From Candidatus Latescibacterota bacterium (GTDB taxonomy: Bacteria; Latescibacterota; UBA2968; SICM01), in NCBI GenBank assembly GCA_965217865.1, contig CBDCJO010000002.1, positions 4,736,001 to 4,800,000 on the forward strand: a stretch of DNA of 64,000 bases. The letters are read 5' to 3'. Below the pieces are notes generated by a model. The model was not told the origin of the DNA and made no database searches. It was given only the letters and a program-made list of their open reading frames with translations. How positions within the stretch are numbered: the first letter of the stretch is position 1; every line of letters begins with the position of its first letter. This document shows positions 47,871-56,768 of the stretch, piece after piece. The translations under genes and the position numbers were made by a program.

Positions 47871-48500
47871 TTAATCGAGGATCTCGAAGCGGATCAATTC
47901 GCAGGTTTGAAACCTATCGATGAGATCCGGGGGTAGAAGGATCTGGAGGTTTTGACTGATCGTGAAGGTATCCTCAATGGGCTCCGCACCTTCTTCAAAA
48001 GCTATACGAAACTTTTTGGTGGAACCCGGCAGCGTTTCATCCCCTTCGATGACGGCCTCCGGGACGGTATAAACCCGGATATCCCCCCATTCGTTTCGGA
48101 CCAACCAGGATCTGGAGGTGAGGATCCGGATATTCTTTTCGTCCGGTTTGGGGACTGATGGATCAGAGGTTGGAACGTGGGATACAGGCTGAGGTTTTGA
48201 AGACCTTTTCCGGACAGCCGCCCTTTTCGGAACTTTTGAATCGCTTGTTTGGAAGATCAGGCGGGTATTCGCAACGACCGCTAAAATCAGAAAAAACGCG
48301 AAAAGGACTGTGACGATTCCATTGTAATAACCGGGGAAGTCAATTCCGAATCGAAGGCCTCCCATCGTAACGGTCAACAGGTTTAGTGAGATGGCAGAGA
48401 TACTGAGATTGGCGGTGGAGAGCAGGTAAAGAATTCCAGCCGCGAGTAAAATCGGTGACAGGATTGCGAGGATTGCGATTTCGAGTGCGATGGATTCCAA
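47871..48500 (-). CDS. Hypothetical membrane protein
   Basis: N-terminal TM helices, Pro/Lys linker and soluble C-terminal domain. Confidence 0.6.
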   Translation of the reverse strand: MESIALEIAILAILSPILLAAGILYLLSTANLSISAISLNLLTVTMGGLRFGIDFPGYYNGIVTVLFAFFLILAVVANTRLIFQTSDSKVPKRAAVRKRSSKPQPVSHVPTSDPSVPKPDEKNIRILTSRSWLVRNEWGDIRVYTVPEAVIEGDETLPGSTKKFRIAFEEGAEPIEDTFTISQNLQILLPPDLIDRFQTCELIRFEILD

Positions 48501-48512
48501 AAAAAGCCCATC

Positions 48513-48755
48513 CTATGGTTCAACAGAACCTTCTTTTTGTTTAGCGCTCCGACCGGGCATCAGGACCAAAACGCCAAGGCTTGACAGGATCACTCCGATC
48601 CCAAGACCCCACATCTGAGTCCGACCGAAACCATATCCCCGATCTAAATCGAGAAAATCTGCACCAAGGGAGATGATCACCAGGGAGATCCCGTCGATCA
48701 ACAGAATCAGGCCGGCAACCACCGCCCACCCTTTTGACTGGACAGCTATGGACAA
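48513..48755 (-). CDS. Small two-TM hypothetical protein
   Basis: Two hydrophobic helices around ADFL..GFGRTQ. Confidence 0.55.
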   Translation of the reverse strand: MSIAVQSKGWAVVAGLILLIDGISLVIISLGADFLDLDRGYGFGRTQMWGLGIGVILSSLGVLVLMPGRSAKQKEGSVEP

Positions 48756-48821
48756 GGGTCCCGCACCCCATTTCGCATTACGTTGGCCTTGTGTCCTGGA
48801 TCACACCTTGCCATTTTCGAT

Positions 48822-48837
48822 TGCAATGATCGTGCCA
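48822..48837 (-). promoter_or_regulatory. Sigma54 (-24/-12) promoter
   Basis: Minus strand TGGCACG-ATCA-TTGCA matches the consensus; AT-rich tract upstream (48840-48940). Confidence 0.7.
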
Positions 48838-48953
48838 TACGAAAATTGATTATATTAATATCTATTATAAAACCAGTTACCTAATTCGTCAAACTATAAT
48901 GCTAAAAAAAACAGGCATATTGGAAATATATTAGTGAGTGTTAACAGCAAACC

Positions 48954-51224
48954 TTGCCAAGTATGACAACCCCTCCCGTGAGAATGGCTAAGAAATCGAA
49001 AAGATCGAAGATGGAGACGGCGGTCTCGATAGAGGATTTAAGGGGAATTCTTGGGGCCGTACATCCCGATCCATTTTCCGTCCTGGGTATGCATACGGTA
49101 CGTGTCAAGGGGCAGGAAGCCCTGGCGGTGCGCACCTTCGCACCCGATGCACACCGGGCATGGGCCTGGAATGTGGAGACTTCTGAACGATATGAGATGG
49201 CAAGGATTCACGAGGATGGTTTTTTCGAGGCTGTGGTATTGGATTGTCCAAGGGTTTTTGCGTATCAATTGATTTTTTCAGACAATGGAGGGGAGGATCG
49301 TTGGGTTTGGGATCCCTACAGCTTTCCCCCGGTCCTGAGCGATTATGACCTTCACCTCTTTCAGGAGGGGAAACATCTCCGGCTTCATGAGAAGATGGGC
49401 GGGCAGATTTATTCCACCGGGAACGTGAGTGGGATTTTGTTCGCAGTGTGGGCCCCGAATGCCCGCAGGGTAAGTGTTGTCGGAAATTTCTGTCGCTGGG
49501 ATGGAAGGGCCTATCCGATGAGGTCGAGGGGGGCCTCAGGTGTATGGGAGCTGTTCGTTCCCGGGTTGGGAGAAGGGGATCTTTACAAGTACGAAATTCT
49601 AGGGAAGGACAAACAGCTGCTCTTGAAAAGCGATCCATTCGCGAGGCAAACGGAACTCCGGCCAAGCACAGCTTCGATCGCGACGGTATTATCTTCAAAG
49701 CACTGGGACGATTCAACCTGGATGAAGGAACGTGTGAACAAGAACCCGTTGGGTCATCCGATGTCGATCTACGAAGTCCATCTTGGATCGTGGAAGAGGG
49801 TCCCCGAGGAGGAGAATCGGCCGCACACCTACACGGAGTTGGCCTGCTCCCTTGTCGATTATGTTTCGGAGATGGGGTTTACTCACGTCCAGTTCCTGCC
49901 AGTGATGGAGCATCCGCTGGACGACTCGTGGGGGTATCAAACAACAGGATATTTCGCTCCGACGTGCCGGTTCGGATCACCCTCGGATTTTGCCACGCTT
50001 GTCGAAGCGTTTCATCGCCGAGGCATCGGTGTCCTGATCGACTGGGTACCGGGACATTTTCCCAGGGATGCCCACGGGCTGGCGGAGTTCGACGGGACTT
50101 ATCTCTACGAGCACGCAGATCCCAGACAGGGGGAACACCCCGATTGGGGGACGAAGATTTTTAACTACGGAAGGCGTGAGGTTTGTAACTTTCTCCTTTC
50201 GAGCATTCTCTATTGGTTCGAGCAGTACCACATCGACGGAATCCGGGTGGATGCCGTGGCTTCAATGCTTTACCTGGATTATTCAAGAGAGTCCGGGGAT
50301 TGGGTCTCCAATCGCTATGGCGGGCGGGAAAATCTTGAAGCCATCGACTTTTTGAAGCAGTTGAACCAGGTCGTCTATGACCAATTTCCCGGCGTCGTGA
50401 CCATTGCAGAGGAATCAACGGCATGGCCGGGCGTATCCCGCCCGACCTACATGGGGGGGCTCGGTTTTGGTTTGAAGTGGAATATGGGATGGATGCACGA
50501 TGTGTTAAACTACATGGCCCTCTCACCTGTTTACCGAAAATATCATCACGATTATCTCACGTTCGGTCTGCTTTATGCTTTTCACGAAAATTTCGTCCTC
50601 CCCCTCTCCCACGATGAAGTCGTCCACGGAAAGGGCTCCCTGTTGGGAAAGATGCCGGGGGACGACTGGCAGAAATTTGCGAACTTGAGACTGCTCTACG
50701 GTTTTATGTACGGTCATCCCGGGAAGAAACTCCTGTTCATGGGCGCCGAATTCGGGCAGTGGGATGAGTGGGACCACCGAAAGAGCCTGGACTGGCATCT
50801 GACCCAGTCCGATCCCCATCGCAAACTCCAGGATTACGTCCGGGATCTCAATCAACTCTACCGCTCCGAGCCAGCCTTATTCGGACTGGATTTTGAGGAT
50901 GCGGGGTTTGAATGGATCGACCTCCACGATACCGAACAGGGAGTTGTATCGTTTTTGCGGAGGGCTGAAGACCGGAATCAATTTGTTATCTTCGTCTTAA
51001 ATTTTACCCCGGTCCCCAGGTTTGATTATCGAGTTGGCGTCCCGGAGACCGCTTTCTACAGGGAGCTGATGAACAGCGACGCCGAGGCCTACGGCGGGGG
51101 AAATATCGGAAATGAAGGAGGGGTGTGGGCGGACAACATTCCCTGGCACGGGAGAGCATTCTCCATCGGGCTCACGGTTCCCCCCCTCGCGGCCCTGATT
51201 CTTAAAGTGAGGACCGAGGGGTGA
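48954..51224 (+). CDS. glgB: 1,4-alpha-glucan branching enzyme
   Basis: HPDPFSVLG, FAVWAPNA, IYEVHLGSW, GIRVDAVASMLY, AEEST and SHDEVVHGK. Start may be 48984 or 49011. Confidence 0.96.
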   Translation: MPSMTTPPVRMAKKSKRSKMETAVSIEDLRGILGAVHPDPFSVLGMHTVRVKGQEALAVRTFAPDAHRAWAWNVETSERYEMARIHEDGFFEAVVLDCPRVFAYQLIFSDNGGEDRWVWDPYSFPPVLSDYDLHLFQEGKHLRLHEKMGGQIYSTGNVSGILFAVWAPNARRVSVVGNFCRWDGRAYPMRSRGASGVWELFVPGLGEGDLYKYEILGKDKQLLLKSDPFARQTELRPSTASIATVLSSKHWDDSTWMKERVNKNPLGHPMSIYEVHLGSWKRVPEEENRPHTYTELACSLVDYVSEMGFTHVQFLPVMEHPLDDSWGYQTTGYFAPTCRFGSPSDFATLVEAFHRRGIGVLIDWVPGHFPRDAHGLAEFDGTYLYEHADPRQGEHPDWGTKIFNYGRREVCNFLLSSILYWFEQYHIDGIRVDAVASMLYLDYSRESGDWVSNRYGGRENLEAIDFLKQLNQVVYDQFPGVVTIAEESTAWPGVSRPTYMGGLGFGLKWNMGWMHDVLNYMALSPVYRKYHHDYLTFGLLYAFHENFVLPLSHDEVVHGKGSLLGKMPGDDWQKFANLRLLYGFMYGHPGKKLLFMGAEFGQWDEWDHRKSLDWHLTQSDPHRKLQDYVRDLNQLYRSEPALFGLDFEDAGFEWIDLHDTEQGVVSFLRRAEDRNQFVIFVLNFTPVPRFDYRVGVPETAFYRELMNSDAEAYGGGNIGNEGGVWADNIPWHGRAFSIGLTVPPLAALILKVRTEG

Positions 51225-51243
51225 GGGCTCGTCCAGCCGTCGC

Positions 51244-52701
51244 GTGAAAAGGATTCTGTATTTGCGGCACACGAAGATCATATGCACCCTGGGGCCGGTC
51301 AGCCGGTCTCCGGAGGTCATCAAGAACCTGATCCGGGCGGGGATGGATGTCGCGCGGCTAAATTTTTCGCACGGGACACACCGGGAACACGATGAAGTTG
51401 TGAATCTCCTGCGTAAGGCCTCGAAGGAGGCCGGAAGGCCAGTTGCCATCCTTCAGGATCTGCAGGGACCCAAGATTCGGGTCGGATCGATCTCGGCCGG
51501 GACGGCCCGGCTGGAGAATGGCGCGTTTTTTACGCTGACGACTCGTGCCGTGCCGGGAGATGAAACCTGTGCCTCCACGAATTACGGTGAGATCGGGCGG
51601 GACGTGAAGGTTGGGGATCGAATTCTCCTGGATGACGGGCTCATCGAATTAGGTGTTGTGGAAGTTGACTCCGAGAAAGTGCGATGCCAGGTCATAAAAG
51701 GCGGCCTCCTTCGCCCACACAAAGGAATCAACTTGCCGGGGGTTGCGGTCAGCATACCGGCGTTGACCGCGAAAGACCGGGAGGACTTGCGATTCGGTAT
51801 GACTCTCGGCGTAGATTATGTGGCATTGTCTTTTGTGCGTAGCCCGGATGATGTCGCCCAGATCAAAGAGGTCATCCGGAAGGAGGGCCCCGACGTCCCT
51901 GTCATCGCAAAGCTGGAGAAACCGGAGGCCATAGACGGGCTGGAAGGGATCCTGGACCTGGCCGACGGGGTGATGATCGCGCGTGGGGATCTCGGTGTGG
52001 AGCTGTCTCCGGAACGTGTGCCGGTCCTTCAGAAGCGGATTATCGAGGATGCGAATCGGGAGAAGGTCCTCGTGATCACGGCGACGCAGATGCTGGAGTC
52101 GATGACGGTGAATCCAAGGCCCACGCGTGCGGAAGCATCCGACGTGGCAAACGCCATCTTCGACGGGACGGACGCGGTGATGCTTTCAGGTGAAACGGCG
52201 GTTGGGGAATACCCGGTCCCGTCCGTAGAGATGATGGCCCGAATCGTGGATCAGGCGGAAGAGAGCTTGCTGTCCCGAGGACAGACCCGCCGACGTCGCT
52301 GGGAGACACCGACGTTGTCTTTTCCGGAGGCTACAGCGGAAGCGGCCTGCCTGGCTGCGCAGGATCTCGGCGCCCGGGCGATTGTGGCATTCACCCAATC
52401 CGGGTTTACAGCTCGCTTGATCTCCAAATACAAGCCGTCTTGCAGGGTGATCGGGTTCACGCCGAATGATCGGATCGTCGGGCGTATGACCCTGTACTGG
52501 GGGGTTGAACCCCGAAAGCTGGATCACGTGGTGGGGATCGACGAGATGCTCGAACGTCTCGACGACCTGCTTATCTAGGATGGGTCCGTATCGGCAGGGG
52601 ACACGCTTGTAATCGTTGCGGGTGCTCCCCTTAACCAGCAAGGACAGACGAATTTCTTGAAACTTCATCGAGTAGGAGAGCTGTCGAAAACAGGGAAATG
52701 A
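51244..52701 (+). pseudogene. pyk: Pyruvate kinase with an in-frame TAG at 52576-52578, 40 codons before the natural end
   Basis: TKIICTLGP, ARLNFSHG, MIARGDLG and ATQMLESM; the conserved GDTLVIVAGAP...GQTNFLKLH follows the TAG up to TGA 52701. Confidence 0.9.
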
Positions 52702-52757
52702 AAAAAAATGAAAAATGGAAAGTGCAGGATGATTATGAGTGATCATACAGGAGGAAT

Positions 52758-53624
52758 TTGATGAAACTTGTCAGTTACGGAGAGGCGGGATCCGAGCGTG
52801 CGGGGGTTATGGTGGGAGATCGGATCTTGGATATCAACGGCGCAGCACCGGACCTCCCCTCGCAACTGAAGCAGATCCTCGAGCGGGGAATGATTCCGGC
52901 GGTAGAGGCCCTTTTCGAGAAGGCCGATCGGATGGGACCTGAACGATTTGTGGATTCGGGGTCCGTGCGACTCGGTCCGCCTGTGCCCCGACCGGGCACG
53001 ATTGTCTGCGTCGGCCTGAACTACAAAGACCATGCAGAGGAGACGAAAGTCCCCTTGCCCAAAGCTCCGTTGCTCTTTTCAAAAGCAGGATCGTGCGCTG
53101 TTGGCCCGACGGACGACGTTGTTCTGCCTCCCCACAGCGGAAACATCGACTGGGAGGTGGAGCTCGCGGTGGTGATCGGGGAGAAAGCCCGGCGGGTGGC
53201 CTCGAAAGATGCAGATCGTGTGATCGCCGGCTATACGGCGGCCAATGATGTAAGCGGACGGGAAGCGCAATTCGGAGACGGACAGTGGTTTCGGGGAAAG
53301 AGCTTCGACACCTTTGCGCCTATGGGACCCTATCTTTTCACAAAGGATGAGGTCTCAGACCCCCACGATCTTGACATCTGGATGAAGGTCAACGGGGAGT
53401 TCAAACAACGCAGCAATACTTCGAATCTAATCTTCAAGATCCCTGAACTGGTTGAATATATCACCGCCGGTTTGACCCTTCAGCCGGGGGATGTCATCTT
53501 TACGGGTACGACATCGGGCGTTGGGGCGTTTATGGAGCCGGCGCAGTTTTTGAAGGAAGGAGATATGATGGAGTTGGAAGTGGAAGGATTGGGGGGACAT
53601 CGTACAAGGGTGGTTAAAGCGTAG
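52758..53624 (+). CDS. Fumarylacetoacetate hydrolase family protein
   Basis: CVGLNY..H, DWEVEL, NDVS, GKSFDTF and PGDVIFTGT. Confidence 0.93.
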   Translation: MMKLVSYGEAGSERAGVMVGDRILDINGAAPDLPSQLKQILERGMIPAVEALFEKADRMGPERFVDSGSVRLGPPVPRPGTIVCVGLNYKDHAEETKVPLPKAPLLFSKAGSCAVGPTDDVVLPPHSGNIDWEVELAVVIGEKARRVASKDADRVIAGYTAANDVSGREAQFGDGQWFRGKSFDTFAPMGPYLFTKDEVSDPHDLDIWMKVNGEFKQRSNTSNLIFKIPELVEYITAGLTLQPGDVIFTGTTSGVGAFMEPAQFLKEGDMMELEVEGLGGHRTRVVKA

Positions 53625-53636
53625 AGGTCAGGGAAA

Positions 53637-53790
53637 AGCAGTAGCAGTAGCAGTGGCAGGAAGAGCAAAGGCAGGGGTCAGAGGTATGAGGAAATTGAAG
53701 ATTGAAGATTGAATATCGAAGAGATGCCGTGTCCAGAAGAAAGTCCTGGGGTTTTGAAATATTCAATTTTCCGATATTCAATATTCAATG
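53637..53790. repeat. Intergenic short-period repeats and heptamer-based imperfect hairpin
   Basis: (AGCAGT)3; ATTGAAG/ATTGAAT units pair with downstream ATTCAAT units. Confidence 0.65.
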
Positions 53791-53809
53791 AAGTTAAAGG
53801 GAGAGGGTT

Positions 53810-55006
53810 ATGGCAGAAAGGCATCAACCGGAAGTGGGCGTGGGGTTGATCGGTGCTGGATTCTCCGCGGGTCAACACGCCAATGCCTATCAGACAGTAC
53901 GGGGGGTGAAGGTAAATCTGGTGGCAGTCTGCTCTCGCGACATCCATAGGGCGGAGCGGTTTGCCAGCAAACATGGTTTCGAGCATGCCTTTGGGGATTA
54001 CCGGAAGGTCCTTGATCGTCCTGACGTAGATCTCGTGGATGTGTGTACGCCGAACAGCCACCATCGTCAGGTGGTCATCGACGCGGCCCTGGCCGGCAAG
54101 GAGATCGTCTGTGAAAAACCCCTGACTGCCTACTGCGGAGAAGACATGGATGACCTTGCGGGAATGACGACGACCCGCCAGGAGATGTTGCGAGTGGCCA
54201 TGGAAAATGTCAAGGAGATGCGACAAGCGGCCGATCGGGGGGGCGTGAGGATCATGTACGCCGAGAATTGGGTCTATTCGCCCCCGATCCAGAAGGCGCT
54301 AAACCTGGCCTGTGCGAGCGGTGGCACAATTCTGGACATCAGGGGGGAGGAGTCGCACAGCGGATCTCACTCGGCGTTCTCGAAGCGCTGGAAATTCACC
54401 GGGGGAGGGGCCCTGATCCGGCTCGGGTCGCATCCATTGGGTGCGGCGATCTATATGAAGCGCGCAGAGGCCGCTTTTCGGGAATTGCCGGTGCCCAGAC
54501 CCGTCTCCGTTACCGCTGAGGTAGGATATCTGACACGGACCAGCGCGTTCCAGAGAAAGCCTGATCCGTGGCTCGTTCAGGACTGGCAGGACGTGGAGGA
54601 CTGGTCCGTGGCCGTGGTCACGTTCAGCGACGGATCCAAGGCGACCATCACCGCGACGGATGTCGTCCTGGGAGGGATTCAGAACCGGATCGAACTCTAT
54701 CTGTCGAACGCTCGAATCATCTGTAATATCAATCCGAATTCGACCGTCCAGGCCTACGCCCCCGACGACAAGATTTTCGAATCGGAATATATCGCCGAGA
54801 AGATTTCAACAAAAGCGGGATGGAGCTTCGCTTCACCCGACGAGGAATGGATGCAGGGGTATCCACATGAGATTCAAAATTTTGTGGAATGCGCAACGTT
54901 TAAGATGCAGCCGCTTTCCGACGCGCAGTTGGGTGAGGATGTGGTGAAGGTGATCTATTCGGCTTATCTGTCCGCCGAGGCGGGAAGGAAGGTGGAGATT
55001 GAGTGA
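53810..55006 (+). CDS. Gfo/Idh/MocA family oxidoreductase
   Basis: GLIGAG, DLVDVCTPN..H, CEKPL, YAENW and GGGALIRLGSHP. Confidence 0.92.
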   Translation: MAERHQPEVGVGLIGAGFSAGQHANAYQTVRGVKVNLVAVCSRDIHRAERFASKHGFEHAFGDYRKVLDRPDVDLVDVCTPNSHHRQVVIDAALAGKEIVCEKPLTAYCGEDMDDLAGMTTTRQEMLRVAMENVKEMRQAADRGGVRIMYAENWVYSPPIQKALNLACASGGTILDIRGEESHSGSHSAFSKRWKFTGGGALIRLGSHPLGAAIYMKRAEAAFRELPVPRPVSVTAEVGYLTRTSAFQRKPDPWLVQDWQDVEDWSVAVVTFSDGSKATITATDVVLGGIQNRIELYLSNARIICNINPNSTVQAYAPDDKIFESEYIAEKISTKAGWSFASPDEEWMQGYPHEIQNFVECATFKMQPLSDAQLGEDVVKVIYSAYLSAEAGRKVEIE

Positions 55007-55018
55007 GGTAGGAAATGG

Positions 55019-55048
55019 AAAGTGAAAAATGGAAAATGAAAAATGCAA
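55019..55048. repeat. Heptamer repeat block, near-identical to 32604-32633
   Basis: AAAGTGAAAAATGGAAAATGAAAAATGCAA. Confidence 0.7.
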
Positions 55049-55117
55049 GTTTTGAAAATTGACCCCCCCGTTTTTAAAGAAGAGCCCGACGGGATCATCC
55101 GCCGGGCTTTTGTGCAC

Positions 55118-55531
55118 CTAAACTCCAATGGCCCTGAGGCCGACTCTCTTGGCAGCTGAGATCTGATGGTGGTCTGAGGACACAAAAACATCGGCTCCCC
55201 ATTCGAGTGCGCAACCGATATGGAGTGCGTCCATCGCGCGCAGGGGGGTTGTTTCCAGAACCCGAATCGATTGACCCACAACGGAGGGCGTGATGTTGCA
55301 GATCGCCGCACCAGTGAGGTCATTCAAGAGCGCATCCTTTATTTGATCATACCGGTATAGGGTCAGCAGACGATCCTGTCTTAATCTGCAAGAGGGCTGA
55401 GATGATTTCCGGCAGACAGATCACACTGACTGCAAGGTCGCTGGAACTCAAACAGAGTGCTTCAACCTGTTCCGTCCCGGGTTCTTCAATGTATCGTTTC
55501 GCGAATGCCGAAGCGTCGAAAAGGCCCTCAT
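55118..55531 (-). pseudogene. vapC: VapC/PIN toxin with two frameshifts
   Basis: Reconstruction: MRAF(F)DASAFAKRYIEEPG...CLPEIISAL/CRLRQD...LRAMDALHIGCA...FVSSD. A -1 shift occurs in the T-run near 55519-55522 and a +1 shift near 55390. ATGA overlap with the antitoxin. Confidence 0.85.
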
Positions 55532-55761
55532 CTTTCAGCTTGCTCCCTCTCCTTGAATATCTCCTTGCTCAGAGAGGCACCCTCTAACCTGAGCTTGAGG
55601 GCCGGTTGCTTCCAGGTGGGGTTATTATCGTGATCTGAGACCGGAACGATGTCGGCGATCGGCCGGCCATAACGCAGGACCCGGATTTTTTCGCCTTTTT
55701 CAACTTCGTCCAGGCATGATGCCGCAGTTTGACGGAATTTTGTGAAAGCAATCGTCTTCAT
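55528..55761 (-). CDS. Phd/YefM family antitoxin
   Basis: MKTIAFTKFR...LDEVEKGE...RYGRPIADIVP. Confidence 0.9.
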   Translation of the reverse strand: MKTIAFTKFRQTAASCLDEVEKGEKIRVLRYGRPIADIVPVSDHDNNPTWKQPALKLRLEGASLSKEIFKEREQAER

Positions 55762-55790
55762 TTCACTCTCCCTTAGGCCTATGAGAATTA

Positions 55791-55837
55791 TGTACAGATA
55801 TGTACATAAATGTACATTATTATTCTGGATTTGTCAA
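55791..55837 (-). promoter_or_regulatory. TA promoter with three TGTACA operator cores
   Basis: TGTACA at 55791, 55801 and 55811 (10-bp period), overlapping minus-strand TTGACA-17-TACATT. Confidence 0.8.
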
Positions 55838-56019
55838 ATCAAAAGGTCTCATCGACCACTCTTGAAATTGATGAAAAAACCGTGGACTGGCCTTCCTGGA
55901 GCGGATTATTAACGTCCCGTCGGCAATGCGCTTGACTTTCCCATGCCATCTATCTATCTTTATTAAAGTTAAGAGATTGTTTATAAAGAGCTCCGGAATA
56001 AACATCTTTACTCCCAAAG

Positions 56020-56355
56020 ATGAGGGGAGATTCGACAATGGAAAATGTCAACGGTCAATTGATCAAGCATCTTAAACGGATAGAACCCGCTGAAAACGTG
56101 GATTCCAGTCTGGGACGTGTCCTCAAAAATCAGGCCGAGGAAAAATTAAGAGAACTCCGTGTGCTGATTCGCTATTACCAGATGCGTTATGGCATGTCCG
56201 TCAACGAGTTCTACGCTCGAAAGATCAAAGATCAGGATCATACTTGGGAGGACGAGGAAACCCATTTCGACTGGGTCAGCGCACTTCAAGCGGCCGAAGA
56301 CATGGAAAAAGAGATCATCGGTTTAGAGGAAATTCTTGCCCATGCAGACGGTTGA
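56020..56355 (+). CDS. Putative antitoxin-like protein
   Basis: YQMRYGMSVNEFY...EETHFDW pattern; overlaps the next gene; TTGACT-17-TATCTT upstream (55932-55960). Confidence 0.6.
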   Translation: MRGDSTMENVNGQLIKHLKRIEPAENVDSSLGRVLKNQAEEKLRELRVLIRYYQMRYGMSVNEFYARKIKDQDHTWEDEETHFDWVSALQAAEDMEKEIIGLEEILAHADG

Positions 56356-56698
56356 AGATTTCCTAAAGGAGGTGCGACAGGGGTTATCGAATTACGCTTA
56401 ATATGTTCGATATGAGATCGTCAGTCGCGGTGCTCAATACGTGAAGATTCGGCTCATCATCAATAAAGATCTCTTCGTTCAGGTCAACCGCAATGAGGCA
56501 GCATCGCTCACCAATTTTGCGCTGATCCATCGATCTCAAAGGACCTATGGCCGGGACGAGTATAGAGAGGTTTGGCATCGACACAATTTGTCAGATCCAA
56601 AACATCATAACAGCAGTCCAGAAGGCAGCCAGTCTATTTCCCTCACAGAGTTTCTTGCAGAAGTGGACAACCTATTGCACACCGAGGGGCTGATTTGA
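56342..56698 (+). pseudogene. DUF6516/TumE-like putative toxin with in-frame TAA at 56399-56401
   Basis: MQTVEDFLKEVRQGLSNYA*YVRYEIV...FALI...YGRD...WHRH...P..H. Confidence 0.6.
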
Positions 56699-56736
56699 AC
56701 CTTATCCCAAATTCTGTGTGCCCGGACAACCAATAT

Positions 56737-56768
56737 AAAAAGGCCCGGTGGACTTTCCGCCGGGCCTT
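56737..56768 (-). terminator. Intrinsic terminator of the giant surface-protein gene
   Basis: AAAAA-GGCCCGGTGGA-CTT-TCCGCCGGGCC-TT; the U-tract is on the minus strand. Confidence 0.7.
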
